A stretch of DNA of 64,000 bases, from the NCBI GenBank assembly GCA_038045705.1, contig JBBSXO010000006.1:1-64000 (forward strand), written 5' to 3'. A program made the translations under genes and the position numbers. The DNA is from Nanobdellota archaeon. Lineage in GTDB: Archaea; Nanobdellota; Nanobdellia; Pacearchaeales; GW2011-AR1. The notes beneath the pieces were generated by a model. The model searched no databases and was not told the DNA's origin. It worked only from the letters and a program-made list of their open reading frames with translations. Below, in pieces: positions 39,144-49,560 of this stretch. Position 1 is the stretch's first letter, and each line of letters begins with the position of its first letter.

Positions 39144-39683
39144 TTATATGACCTTAGCACTTATTATAATAACTTCTTCTAAAGGTCTATCCTCAGAATC
39201 AGTCTCAACACCAGCTATTGAATCTACAACTTCCAGACCTTCAATGACTTTCCCAAATACAGGGTGCTTTCCATCTAGAAAATTATTATCTGCTAAATTA
39301 ATAAAAAATTGACTTCCACCAGTATTAGGACCAGCGTTAGCCATTGAGATAGTTCCTCTATCATTCCTATCAAGATTAGTCCCAGTAAACTCATCTTTTA
39401 TTTTATATCCTGGTCCACCCATCCCAGTCCCTGTTGGATCCCCTCCTTGTATCATGAAACCACTAATAACTCTATGAAAAATTATTCCATCATAAAATCC
39501 TTGCTCAACAAGTTTAACAAAATTACCAGCAGTGATTGGCATTTCACCAGTATAAATTTCAAGAACAATAGTCCCTTTATTAGTTTCAAGTGCTACTTTA
39601 GTGTGTTTAGATACCATGAGATTAAATGCAATAACTACAACTATAATTAAAATCACCCCTATTAAAATCTTTTTCTTATACAT
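39144..39683 (-). CDS. Cyclophilin-type peptidyl-prolyl isomerase with N-terminal anchor
   Basis: 'FHRVISGFMIQGGD', 'SMANAGPNTGGSQFFI'. Confidence 0.95.
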   Translation of the reverse strand: MYKKKILIGVILIIVVVIAFNLMVSKHTKVALETNKGTIVLEIYTGEMPITAGNFVKLVEQGFYDGIIFHRVISGFMIQGGDPTGTGMGGPGYKIKDEFTGTNLDRNDRGTISMANAGPNTGGSQFFINLADNNFLDGKHPVFGKVIEGLEVVDSIAGVETDSEDRPLEEVIIISAKVI

Positions 39684-39714
39684 AACCTAAAGAAAGATTG
39701 TCGATTAATAAACC

Positions 39715-40407
39715 TTATTTCCTTGCAATTTTCCAAAGAATCTCAAAATATTTCTTATATCCAGAGGCAAACTCTTCCTGTTGAACCACTAAAGCAAAAG
39801 GATTCTTACCCCATAAAATCATAGCAACATTAATTCCATAAATATTAATTACCATATGACTTGAATATTTTTCAGCAAGATATCTAGTTTCAGCAAGTAT
39901 TTTTGGGCTAATACTTTTATCACTTGTAATTACCCTTATTTTTACTCTTTTTTCTTTTCTACGTTCATTAAACCATTTAAAGTAGTAAGGCATTGCATTA
40001 TAAGCATCTCTAGTTGCTCCAAGTATCAATATTTCAGGATATTCAAGTTGACTTTCAAAAACCATCTTCATTCCATTTTTTCCCTTATAAAAATTAGTCT
40101 GTTCTTTCTTTTTAGAAGTGTTAAATTTTTGTTTTAAACTTTCAACCAAAGGAGTAAGCATATTCTTTTTTTCATCGATAACATCAAGAATTCTTTGTGG
40201 GTTAACAGCCGTGAAAACTCTTCTATTGTTCTCAATAATATAACTAATAAGTCCTTTTTGAATAAGAGTTTCAGTCACATCATAAACAGTTCTTCTATGG
40301 AGTCCAGTTTTTCTGGAGATCTTTCCAGCAAGAGATGACCCTAAGTCAACTAGAGAAGTATAAACTTTTTGTTCATTATCTGTTAATCCAGCTTCTTTCA
40401 AATCCAT
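39715..40407 (-). CDS. TrmB-family transcriptional regulator
   Basis: 'GLTDNEQKVY..L', 'LHRRTVYD..L..KGL'. Confidence 0.85.
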   Translation of the reverse strand: MDLKEAGLTDNEQKVYTSLVDLGSSLAGKISRKTGLHRRTVYDVTETLIQKGLISYIIENNRRVFTAVNPQRILDVIDEKKNMLTPLVESLKQKFNTSKKKEQTNFYKGKNGMKMVFESQLEYPEILILGATRDAYNAMPYYFKWFNERRKEKRVKIRVITSDKSISPKILAETRYLAEKYSSHMVINIYGINVAMILWGKNPFALVVQQEEFASGYKKYFEILWKIARK

Positions 40408-40526
40408 AGATATTCAAATATTTTAGTATTTTTAACTATTTCTAGTGTGGTGTATAGGCTCACCTCATAAATTCATTATCAGTTTTTCCCAATAATTTTT
40501 AAGAAATGTAAGGAGGAAAAAACAAA

Positions 40527-40994
40527 ATGAACACAGAAACAAAATTGCTAGAACTGATAGCAATGGATAGGATTGAAATTCCAATCTCAAGCATGTCTGG
40601 AAAACTCAAAAGGCAGAAACCTAAAATTGCAGAAGAAGTAGATTTGCAAGGAAAGTTAATCTACCAAGGTGAAAGATGCTATGCCAGAATTGAGTCAGAA
40701 GATCTTGAAAAAGCTAGAGGTATGCGAGAAGGAATAAATGAGTTTGCAAAACTACATCCAAAGTATGGAACAATTTTAAGTGGTTTAATAGAACAGAAAA
40801 GAGTAGAAAGAGAAACTCATATGTATTTTGGAATGAATGATGGTTGTAAATTATCGGATAGAGATTATGTTGGAGTAATGCAAAGTTTAGGTTTTACAGA
40901 AACAACTGCAAGAAATCTTTATCCGGAGCTAATGCAAGTAAGCAGAAACTTATCAAAAAAACGCGATGAAGAGCGTAGAATCCTGATAGGATAA
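40527..40994 (+). CDS. Hypothetical protein
   Basis: 155-aa ORF with AGGAGG upstream. Confidence 0.65.
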   Translation: MNTETKLLELIAMDRIEIPISSMSGKLKRQKPKIAEEVDLQGKLIYQGERCYARIESEDLEKARGMREGINEFAKLHPKYGTILSGLIEQKRVERETHMYFGMNDGCKLSDRDYVGVMQSLGFTETTARNLYPELMQVSRNLSKKRDEERRILIG

Positions 40995-41013
40995 TCAAAA
41001 TAGTCTTTATTCT

Positions 41014-41490
41014 TTATTTTTTCAATTCTGCATAACTAAACAATACATTAAATGCATCACACCAAATAAGAACAGTATCGTACTTTTCTAAATCAACATC
41101 ATTTAGAATTTCATAATTGACGTTTCCTTTAGTTGCTTTTATTTTTCCTAAATTAACAAAATCATCTGAATTAACATCGGTAGCTAAATAAATAAACAAG
41201 TCTGGACCATTCACAGTTTCTAAATTCTCAAATCTTAATATTTTTCTACCATTATCATCATAAACTGCAACTCTCCCAGAAACATCATGTGCAGAAGGAA
41301 CTAATTCTCCAGATAATATTTCCACAACAGATCCAACTTTAGTACCCATCGGACTTCCCATTACATAATTAACCATTGGTAAAATATCATTAGATTCTTT
41401 TATAATAAACAAAGGTGATATCAGATAATAAGCAACAGAAAAAAAGATAATTGCTATTACAATCATTATCTTCTTTTTTATATATTGCAT
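41014..41490 (-). CDS. DM13-domain membrane-anchored protein
   Basis: 'NGPDLFIYL', 'GNVNY', 'VLIWC..F.V.F'. Confidence 0.85.
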   Translation of the reverse strand: MQYIKKKIMIVIAIIFFSVAYYLISPLFIIKESNDILPMVNYVMGSPMGTKVGSVVEILSGELVPSAHDVSGRVAVYDDNGRKILRFENLETVNGPDLFIYLATDVNSDDFVNLGKIKATKGNVNYEILNDVDLEKYDTVLIWCDAFNVLFSYAELKK

Positions 41491-41987
41491 GATGCTTGAC
41501 CTCTTTTCATAAGATAATTCTGATGATAATCCTCAGCATTTATATAAGTAGAAGCTTCTTCAATAACTGTAGCAATAGCACGAGAATGTTTATTTTGTTC
41601 TTTTCTTAGAGATTCTTGTGCTTGTCTTTTTTGATTGTTATCAAAATAAAAAATTACAGACCTATATTGATACCCTACATCAGGACCTTGCCTATTCATG
41701 TGAGTTGGATCATGAATCTCCCAGAATATTTCTAAGAGTTTATTGTAAGTTATTTGTTTTGGATCAAATGTTATTCTAACAACTTCAGCATGTCCGCTTT
41801 TTCCTTGACAAACTTCTTCATAAGTTTTTACATTTTTATCTCCACCAGCGTATCCAACTTCAGTATTAACAACTCCAGGTAACTTTCTAAACGATTCCTC
41901 AACACCCCAAAAACATCCAGCCCCAAACATAGCTAATTTTAATTCGTTTTTAGCTTTACTCTCTTTTTTTACAATTGCTTTTTTCAT
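41478..41987 (-). CDS. msrA: Peptide-methionine (S)-S-oxide reductase
   Basis: 'GCFWG', 'GHAEVV', 'AEDYHQ'. Confidence 0.95.
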   Translation of the reverse strand: MKKAIVKKESKAKNELKLAMFGAGCFWGVEESFRKLPGVVNTEVGYAGGDKNVKTYEEVCQGKSGHAEVVRITFDPKQITYNKLLEIFWEIHDPTHMNRQGPDVGYQYRSVIFYFDNNQKRQAQESLRKEQNKHSRAIATVIEEASTYINAEDYHQNYLMKRGQASCNI

Positions 41988-42002
41988 TTTATTTGAACTA
42001 AT

Positions 42003-43127
42003 TTAATTTTCATAAATAAAATCTTTTACCTTTTTTCTAGCAGCTTCTCTTTTCTTTTGGTGCTCTTTCAAGAACTCATTTATCTTATCAATAGTTATTT
42101 GTTTCAGTTCTCCAGATGTCATAGCTCCAGACTTATAAGCGTTATGAATTTCTCTAAGTTTTTTATCATCAGTTTCAAACATGTATCTTAAATATTGAAA
42201 AGCTACATCTATATCAGGGTTTCCTCCATGTCTTCTGTGTTCTTCAAGAGTATCACGACCTCCAGAGAAAGCATATTTTTTTATTTTTCTTTCAACTTCT
42301 TTTGGACTATCAGTAGTATAAATCGCTGTGTCTTGTTTGGAAGAACTCATTTTCCCCCCAGCACCTGTTAAAGGTGGAAGGAAACTACATTGTATTGAGG
42401 CAGGCTTATGATGTCCCAATTTTGGTAAGATATCTCTAGTCAACCTAAAATGCGCATCTTGATCAATTGCATGAGGTATTAAGCAAGGAATTTTCTTACG
42501 GTGAATTATCGAAGGTAAAAATGCAGGAACGGCCTGCATGGATGTATAAAATATCTGTCCTATGTTGGAGCTATCTTCAAGTCCAAAAGAAGATTTTACC
42601 ATTGAGAAAGTTATCTTTTTAGCAACTTTGCATGCTTCGGGATAAAGTAAGTCTGCATGTTTTGTATCAACTATAAAATGCGTCTTCTTTGGATCGAATC
42701 CGAGCGCAATAACATCAAGCATATTTTCTTCCAAATATTTCTGAGTATCTTCAAAACTCAAATCTTTCTTGAATAAAAATTTCTCTTCATCTGGAAACTG
42801 GAACCATAATTCAACATCGAAAGCATCTTGAAGCCATTTTGTAAATTGCCAAGCCATTAAATGTCCTAGGTGTATTGGACCAGAAGGAGATCTACCAGTA
42901 TAAAGAAAGAATTTATTTCCTTTTTCATATTCGTCAAGCAACCATTTTAAATCCCTATGAGCAAAAAATATTTTTCTATCAAGCATAAAGTTTTTACCAG
43001 CTATTTTTTCAATTCTCTTAATTAACCCATCAGATAATTCTTCAACGCCAAATTCCTTTACGATTCTCTTATAATCCACATTTTCAGAAACCTCCCATGG
43101 GGTAACGAATTGTTTATTATCTACCAT
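42003..43127 (-). CDS. trpS: Tryptophan-tRNA ligase (archaeal/eukaryal type)
   Basis: 'VTPWEV', 'YTGRSPSGPIHLGH', 'AIDQD', 'KMSSS', 'AFSGG'. Confidence 0.95.
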   Translation of the reverse strand: MVDNKQFVTPWEVSENVDYKRIVKEFGVEELSDGLIKRIEKIAGKNFMLDRKIFFAHRDLKWLLDEYEKGNKFFLYTGRSPSGPIHLGHLMAWQFTKWLQDAFDVELWFQFPDEEKFLFKKDLSFEDTQKYLEENMLDVIALGFDPKKTHFIVDTKHADLLYPEACKVAKKITFSMVKSSFGLEDSSNIGQIFYTSMQAVPAFLPSIIHRKKIPCLIPHAIDQDAHFRLTRDILPKLGHHKPASIQCSFLPPLTGAGGKMSSSKQDTAIYTTDSPKEVERKIKKYAFSGGRDTLEEHRRHGGNPDIDVAFQYLRYMFETDDKKLREIHNAYKSGAMTSGELKQITIDKINEFLKEHQKKREAARKKVKDFIYEN

Positions 43128-43388
43128 GCTTAATTAATTGTAAAACCTAATATAAACATGTCGTTTTAATACTAGTTAAAAGTCTAAAATCTTAATAGAG
43201 TTGAAGATAGCTACAAAGCTAGGTTTTTAGCGATGTTTCCAATTAACTCAAAAGTATATGCGGATGTTAATGCAAAAATAGGTCAAGTTCTAAAAGTAAG
43301 GAAATCTTTCATCAGTTCTTTATCCACAAGAGCATAGCATAAATTGTCAATAACCTTTTTATACTACTAGAACATACATAATGAAAAG

Positions 43389-44540
43389 ATGGTATTTGAT
43401 TTTGTGGTTATAGGTGCTACGGGTATGCAAGGGCGCATAGTAACTAGAGACTTACTTGAAAATGGTTATTCTGTTCTATTGTGTGGAAGAGACAAAAAAA
43501 GAGTAGAATATCTTTTACATAAACACAATAGAACAGCATTCGAATATGTAGATGCTAGAGAATTAGAAAAGATGACAAGAGTATTCAAAAAATCTGGAGC
43601 TAAAATTATCATCAATTGTGTAGAAGGAGACTGGAATCTAAATGTCTTAAAATCTGCAATAAAAGCAGATATGCACTGCATAGACCTTGGTTCAGAGATA
43701 CCCATGACTAAAGAACAATTCGCTTTACATAATACCCTAAAAGATAAAAATCTAACACACATAACTGGTTGCGGTTCAGTTCCAGGAATAGGGAATGTTC
43801 TTCTAAATTTTGCAGCACAGAAGTTCGATTCAATACATACAATAGAAGTTGGCTTTGCTTGGAACTCAAATATAAAAAAATTTGTAGTTCCATTTTCAAT
43901 GGAAAGCATAATAGAAGAATTCACAGAACCTTCAACTAACATAAAAGATGGTAAATTTGTAAAGTCAAGACCACTTGACACTTTGATGAAAACAAAAGAA
44001 CCGTTCGTAGGGAAAGAAGAGTGCATGTTTGTGCGCCACCCAGAAACTTACACATTTTACCATTATTACAAAAACAAAGGCCTGAAGAATGTTAGATTTT
44101 ATGCTGAATTTCCACCACATTCTTTTGATGTAATTAAGCAACTGATAGATTTAGGTTTTGATAAAAAGGATAAAATACCAGTAGATGGAGTACACGTCAA
44201 ACCTATAGATGTAGTTACTCAAACTCTTAAAGACTTAAAATTTCCAGAAGGCTATAAAGAAAAAGAAAATCTATGGTTAAGATTGTATGGTAAGCATAAT
44301 GGTAAAAGAAAAAATATTCTTATAGAATGTATAGTTGGCACAAATAAAGGATGGGAAGATGCTGGTTGCAATATAGATACTGGAATGCCTGCAAGTATAA
44401 TAGCTCAAATGATAAAAGAAAAAGTAATTACAGAAAAAGGAAGCTTTGCTCCAGAAGCAGTTGTTCCACCCAAAACATTCTTTCATGAGCTAAAGAAAAG
44501 AGATATGATAATATACGAAAACGGCAAAAAGGTAAACTAA
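43389..44540 (+). CDS. Saccharopine dehydrogenase-family oxidoreductase
   Basis: Rossmann 'IGATGMQG', 'GCGSVPG', 'HPE', 'FAPE'. Confidence 0.8.
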   Translation: MVFDFVVIGATGMQGRIVTRDLLENGYSVLLCGRDKKRVEYLLHKHNRTAFEYVDARELEKMTRVFKKSGAKIIINCVEGDWNLNVLKSAIKADMHCIDLGSEIPMTKEQFALHNTLKDKNLTHITGCGSVPGIGNVLLNFAAQKFDSIHTIEVGFAWNSNIKKFVVPFSMESIIEEFTEPSTNIKDGKFVKSRPLDTLMKTKEPFVGKEECMFVRHPETYTFYHYYKNKGLKNVRFYAEFPPHSFDVIKQLIDLGFDKKDKIPVDGVHVKPIDVVTQTLKDLKFPEGYKEKENLWLRLYGKHNGKRKNILIECIVGTNKGWEDAGCNIDTGMPASIIAQMIKEKVITEKGSFAPEAVVPPKTFFHELKKRDMIIYENGKKVN

Positions 44541-44541
44541 C

Positions 44542-45726
44542 ATGAATATCAAACATAAAGTTTTTTGGAAGAATCCAGGTTACAGAGGATATTCTAAATT
44601 AAATAAAGATATTGAATGTGATTATCTTATAGTTGGTGGAGGAATATCAGGAGTTTCACTAGCTTATTTTCTTTCAACTTTGGGTGCAAAGAATGTAATC
44701 TTAATCGAAAAGGATATTCTGGGTTCTGGAGCAACTTCGCATTCGGCAGGAATGCTGACATTAAGAGGAGAATTAGATTTAACTCAGATATTTAATATCC
44801 TGGGTAAGAAAAAAGGATCTGAATATTGGGAAGCTAATAAGCACGGTTTAGATATAGTACGAAATATTATCTCTAGAGAGGGTATGAATTGTGATTATGA
44901 ACCAAATAATACTCTGTTTGGAAATATTAAAGGAGATTCAACTCATTCGTATTTGAGCAAAGAATATCTACTAGAAAAAGAACTAGATCAAAAAGCAACA
45001 TTTTTAATAGGAGAAGAAATCAAAAAAGAACTCAATACTCCTCTGTTCGATCAGGCAGTTCTTTCATATGACCATGGGATTTCAGTAAATCCAGTAAAAC
45101 ATGTTCAAGAATTAGCAAGGGTAACAGCAAGAAAAGGAGTAAGATTTTTTGAAAAAACAAGACTAAACAGTTATACGAAAAATATCGCAACAGCGAATCA
45201 CCATAAAATAAAATTCAAAAAAATAATTCTTGCAATTGACAAAGATTTTAATCATCCTCATGTAAAAAACAGAAAATCCACTATAGTAATTACGAAACCT
45301 CTTACTGATAAAGAAATAGAAAACATAGGTATGAAAACAAGAAAATTTATTTGGGATACAGAAGATGAATACCACTATCTAAAACTAACCAAAGAAAATC
45401 GTATGATGATAGGTTTTGGAGATTTATTTGTAAAAAAAAGACATAAGAAATTATCTCCTCATACTCACCATCTACATAAGATAATATCTTTTACAAAGAG
45501 ATTATTCCCTCAGATTAATCTTAAACCTGAATATGCATGGTCTGGTATTTTCTCAACTAGCTCAAATTTACTTCCTGTGATTCATGAAAAAGAAAACAGG
45601 ATTTCTGTATCAGGTGCAGGCTCACAAGTTGTATGTGTTCTAGCATCACATTACATAGCTCATAAGTTGATGGGTGGAAAATCACCTCTAGACAAAATAC
45701 TTAAGAACACCTGGATAATAAAGTAA
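44542..45726 (+). CDS. FAD-dependent oxidoreductase (DAO/PuuB-like)
   Basis: 'IVGGGISG', 'GSGATSHSAG', 'AWSG'. Confidence 0.85.
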   Translation: MNIKHKVFWKNPGYRGYSKLNKDIECDYLIVGGGISGVSLAYFLSTLGAKNVILIEKDILGSGATSHSAGMLTLRGELDLTQIFNILGKKKGSEYWEANKHGLDIVRNIISREGMNCDYEPNNTLFGNIKGDSTHSYLSKEYLLEKELDQKATFLIGEEIKKELNTPLFDQAVLSYDHGISVNPVKHVQELARVTARKGVRFFEKTRLNSYTKNIATANHHKIKFKKIILAIDKDFNHPHVKNRKSTIVITKPLTDKEIENIGMKTRKFIWDTEDEYHYLKLTKENRMMIGFGDLFVKKRHKKLSPHTHHLHKIISFTKRLFPQINLKPEYAWSGIFSTSSNLLPVIHEKENRISVSGAGSQVVCVLASHYIAHKLMGGKSPLDKILKNTWIIK

Positions 45727-45727
45727 T

Positions 45728-46156
45728 ATGGGCTTCATAAAAGCTGGATTTACGGGTGGATTTCTAGGAATAGTAATTAGTATAGCAGACATTTTTATAA
45801 ACTCAAAAATTTTAGAAAAATTATCTTCTTTAGGAGTATATGTGGCAAGTTCATTTGGAAAGGTTTGCATAAACACAATCACAAATGAATGTACATTTTC
45901 TGAAAAATTTACCACAATTCTTGCAACAATTGTAGGCAACACAGTGGCTTATTTTATAGCATTTTCTCTAATAAGCTTAACAGTAAGCATAATTGCAATG
46001 TGGCTTACACCATCTAAAAAAGAACAACAAATAATAGTTCAACAACCCCAAATGATCCAAACTCCTCAAGTTCAAGAAGTAAAACAAACAGAACAAAAGA
46101 TGGCATTAGAAAAAAGACCTATAAAGAGAGCCAAAATATCAAAAAAGAGAAAATAA
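45728..46156 (+). CDS. Membrane protein
   Basis: Hydrophobic segments with Gln/Lys-rich tail. Confidence 0.6.
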   Translation: MGFIKAGFTGGFLGIVISIADIFINSKILEKLSSLGVYVASSFGKVCINTITNECTFSEKFTTILATIVGNTVAYFIAFSLISLTVSIIAMWLTPSKKEQQIIVQQPQMIQTPQVQEVKQTEQKMALEKRPIKRAKISKKRK

Positions 46157-46168
46157 ATAGTTTAAAAA

Positions 46169-46573
46169 CTAAATTTCTTCTTCATCTTCAGAATCGTCAG
46201 AATTGCTAGGTTCTACAAATTCAGATTCTTCATCTACGTCCAGTTCTAACTCTTTCAAAATAGCAATTATCTTATCTAATTTGACATTAATTTGTTTTAA
46301 GTCTTCAGAATTTCCAGGACTCGAAAAGTTACTTCTTCTATCTCCTTGTTTCTCAAAGCATTGACTACAAAGAACAGGTTTAGTTCCTGTTGGTTTGAAT
46401 GGAACTTGACAAGCCTTTCCGCAAGTACTGCAAGTAGCATCAAACATTTCAGTATTCCTTCTCTCAGGTCTTCTATCGCGATTAAATCCTCCGCCAAAGC
46501 CCCCGCCATTAAAGTCTCTACCACGAGGTCTTCCACCGAATCCACCACGATTTCCTCCATCAAATCTACCCAT
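46169..46573 (-). CDS. CxxC-x17-CxxC zinc-ribbon protein with RG-rich N-terminus and acidic tail
   Basis: 'MFDATCSTCG...VPFKP...PVLCSQCF'. Confidence 0.85.
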   Translation of the reverse strand: MGRFDGGNRGGFGGRPRGRDFNGGGFGGGFNRDRRPERRNTEMFDATCSTCGKACQVPFKPTGTKPVLCSQCFEKQGDRRSNFSSPGNSEDLKQINVKLDKIIAILKELELDVDEESEFVEPSNSDDSEDEEEI

Positions 46574-46616
46574 GATAAAACGTTAAAATCTGGCTATTTA
46601 AATGTGTCTAAGAGAA

Positions 46617-47099
46617 TTAATTTTTTTTCAAATCGTCTTTTTTAACATTGAGCATGACATTTTCCCCTATCTCTCTAATACAGTTTGAGGGAATTGTTAT
46701 TTCTTCCTTGAATAAGAAAGAAAGAATATTGGGTCTGACAATTAAACTTACAATTTGATTTTTATTTTCATAAAGTTCTATAGAAGAAACTCTTCCAATT
46801 ATTCTTCCATCTTTATCAAAAACAACTTTACCTTTAACTTCATAAGAAACTCTTATTTTCAGAAAGACAGCATGTTCTGTTATTTTATTGATATAATTTC
46901 TGCCAACAGTCAATCCTTTTCTCAAAAACCCTTTATCTACAGATATCCCTACGAATTCCAATTCATTAGGGTCTATAAGCACTTTTTCTATAACTCCGAT
47001 AAATGTTCCATCGAAATCAATTACTTCTTTACCTAATAGATCCTCAGACGTTAGAGCTTTGCTCAAGTCTCTTCCAGAGATAGACTTTTGTGGCATCAT
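46617..47099 (-). CDS. Tandem PRC-barrel protein
   Basis: 'LLGKEVIDFDGTFIGVI', 'KGKVVFDKDGRIIGRV'. Confidence 0.8.
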   Translation of the reverse strand: MMPQKSISGRDLSKALTSEDLLGKEVIDFDGTFIGVIEKVLIDPNELEFVGISVDKGFLRKGLTVGRNYINKITEHAVFLKIRVSYEVKGKVVFDKDGRIIGRVSSIELYENKNQIVSLIVRPNILSFLFKEEITIPSNCIREIGENVMLNVKKDDLKKN

Positions 47100-47544
47100 A
47101 TTTTCTTTTTACAGTAACAGAAGAAGCTATTTGCTTAATCTCAGATTCGGGAATAAGATATTTTCTCCACCAGCTTCGTATAATTAAACTTTCTATTTCA
47201 TTAGTTGTTCCTTTTCGGTTTACTTGTGTAACTCTTCCTAAGACCATGCCATCTAAAGTAATTACTTTTTTTCCTTTTAGCAAAATACTAAGCTCTGTAT
47301 TAAGTATTACTGACTGCATTGAAAGTGTAGAAAAGTAAGCTCTTCCAATGTAAATTGGTTTTTCAAATTCTCTTTTAACAACTATCCCCTCCAATTCTAA
47401 GTTTTCAAAGTTAACTCTTACTTCAGAAATCATACCAACAATAACTCCGCCACTAGATAAAACTCTTTTACCTATTAACTTTCTTATATTTACAGTTTGA
47501 TCTAAATTCACTTCTTTTTTTGTTACGTATTGATAATCTACCAC
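47044..47544 (-). CDS. Tandem PRC-barrel protein
   Basis: 'LIGKRVLSSGG..VG.I', 'KGKKVITLDG..LGRV'. Confidence 0.78.
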   Translation of the reverse strand: MVDYQYVTKKEVNLDQTVNIRKLIGKRVLSSGGVIVGMISEVRVNFENLELEGIVVKREFEKPIYIGRAYFSTLSMQSVILNTELSILLKGKKVITLDGMVLGRVTQVNRKGTTNEIESLIIRSWWRKYLIPESEIKQIASSVTVKRKYDATKVYLWKRLEQSSNV

Positions 47545-47572
47545 TAATTTAGATAGTTCTGTAGTATAAATA

Positions 47573-48193
47573 CTATGCGGAAATTAAATAGAAAATAAGA
47601 ATCAATGTAATATATTTGCATATTTTACCTAATAACGTCAAGGTGAATAAACGTGCGAAATTGTATCTTGCAATTCCTAATGCAAAAGTCAACAGCGGTC
47701 CAGGAAATGGTAAAAAGTTAAAAAGAAATATGCCAACTGAACCGTATTTATTAACAAATCTTCTTCCCTCATAAACTTTCTTCTTAGATATAATATGCAT
47801 TATTAATGGGCTTATTTTTTTCCCAGCATAATAGTTCAGAACTTGAGAGATCATATATCCGATAGTAGAAAAAATTAGAGCAAGAAAGTAATTATTTCCT
47901 TTCAATAATCCATAATAAAATATTATCTCATCAGGTGACGGAACAAAAAATATTCCACCTATTAGATGGGCTAGAAACAAACCCCAGAGTGTAACGTTTT
48001 TAATATTATCTGTTAAAAAAAGTACCAAATTTTCAAAATAAGGAAGAGAGTATAATAATTGATAGAAAAATGTCGAAAAAAAGATGCTTATAATTAAAAT
48101 TATAAGTAATATTATTATTGAAGAAATAAGTGTCCAGATTTTATGGGTATGTGAATTCTCCTGAATAAAGTTATAATCTGTCATATCTACCAT
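47573..48193 (-). CDS. DedA/VTT-family membrane protein
   Basis: 'FFVPSPDE', 'NYYAG', 'FLPFPG', 'GKICKY'. Confidence 0.75.
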   Translation of the reverse strand: MVDMTDYNFIQENSHTHKIWTLISSIIILLIILIISIFFSTFFYQLLYSLPYFENLVLFLTDNIKNVTLWGLFLAHLIGGIFFVPSPDEIIFYYGLLKGNNYFLALIFSTIGYMISQVLNYYAGKKISPLIMHIISKKKVYEGRRFVNKYGSVGIFLFNFLPFPGPLLTFALGIARYNFARLFTLTLLGKICKYITLILIFYLISA

Positions 48194-48233
48194 AATATAC
48201 TTTAGTTATTATATTCTTTCCTAAGAATTATAT

Positions 48234-48395
48234 TCAAAGTTGCCCATTCTGGGTGAATTTTCTCATTGCCTGCTCAAGAACAACTTGAGGAGCAAATCCC
48301 TTTCTACTGCATGCCTTCATAAATTCATCAAATGTATTTTGGTCAACCATAAAGTCAAGTTTTCTTTTCTTTGCTCCTGGTGGTGTTGCTGCCAT
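48234..48395 (-). CDS. 53-aa RHH-like protein (below ORF-track cutoff)
   Basis: MAATPPGAKKRKLDFMVDQNTFDEFMKACSRKGFAPQVVLEQAMRKFTQNGQL; TTTATAAA upstream. Confidence 0.65.
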   Translation of the reverse strand: MAATPPGAKKRKLDFMVDQNTFDEFMKACSRKGFAPQVVLEQAMRKFTQNGQL

Positions 48396-48447
48396 ACTAA
48401 ATCTAGATATTATATGTTTATAAACATTCAGAATGATTTTTTGATTG

Positions 48448-48861
48448 TCAATTCTTCCAATTTTTATTTGGTTGCATCATCCCAACTCTGTTGCCTTCCG
48501 TATCAAAAAATGAAACATAAGTTCCGAATCCTGGTATTTCCATTGGTTCTCCTGATATTTCACCACCTGCAACTCTAATATTCTTAATAGCTTCTTTGTA
48601 ATCATCAACACCTATAACAACAGAAGGATAGTTTGAAGTAGCATCATCCGTCTTTTTGTAAAAACCCCCATTAATTGCTCCAGGCTTTTTAGGAAAAGAA
48701 GTCTCTTCATCGATTTCAGTTGTAGTTGCAAGTACATAGTTTCCCATTTCATCCCCAAGCATATTAGTTTTCCATCCAAATACTTTAGAATAGAATTCCA
48801 TCATTCGATTCATATCTTTTGCAGGCATTTCAAAATGTACTACAGAGTTCATTTTAACCAT
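48448..48861 (-). CDS. VOC/glyoxalase-family protein
   Basis: 'VVHFEMPA', 'FYSKVFGW', 'FFDTEGN'. Confidence 0.9.
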   Translation of the reverse strand: MVKMNSVVHFEMPAKDMNRMMEFYSKVFGWKTNMLGDEMGNYVLATTTEIDEETSFPKKPGAINGGFYKKTDDATSNYPSVVIGVDDYKEAIKNIRVAGGEISGEPMEIPGFGTYVSFFDTEGNRVGMMQPNKNWKN

Positions 48862-48915
48862 ACGGCAAAATTACCCCTAAGCATTAATAAATTTATGCAG
48901 TCTAGTCATCTCAAT

Positions 48916-49560
48916 TTATCTAATTAATTTTTTAGGAAATTCCTTTGCTATACGCGGATTTTCTTTTTTGAATCTTTTTATTATCCTATCAAGAAAAGCA
49001 ATTTGACCAAATTTAATGTAGAAATAACCGACTAAAGAAGAGAATAAAGCTCCGATGTTATTCACAATTAAGTCTCCCATTGTATCAACTAATCCAGATT
49101 TTTGCATATTCAGTCCAAAAAATTGATCCATTCCAAATTCGAATATTTCCCAAATTCCTCCAATAGCTGCAGCAAGGGAAAATGAGAAAATAGCAATACT
49201 ACCTGGAGCAGCTACAATATTTCTGTTTCTGTAGAGGATTAAAAGAATAAGAAAGCCAACCAATCCTATAATAACTCCTGTAATGGTATGTAAACCAAGA
49301 TCCCACCACCAAAATGAAGAATAATATCCTCTAAGTTCTCCAAGAAAAATAGAACAGTAGATTAAGAGCACGATGAATATCTCAAATTCTATTGGAATGT
49401 CTATCCTATAACGTCTTTCAATAAAAAAAGCAAAAAATGTTAATAAAAGTGCGAAAATAACAATTCCTAAAACGTGCCAGTTTTCAGATAGTATAGACCT
49501 ATATAAAGCAAGTATTAAAGTAATTCTAACAAACCAAATAAAAAAGAAGTGAAACTTACT
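48916..49560 (-). pseudogene. Membrane protein (DUF2238-like), 5'-truncated
   Basis: 'WWDLGLH', 'WEIFEF', 'DTMGDL'; hydrophobic frame extends to about 49560 with no start codon. Confidence 0.65.

Noticed and set aside
46490-46570. GGC/GGA-rich stretch as a further VR
   Set aside because: Encodes an RG/GGF low-complexity tail and has no TR anchors.
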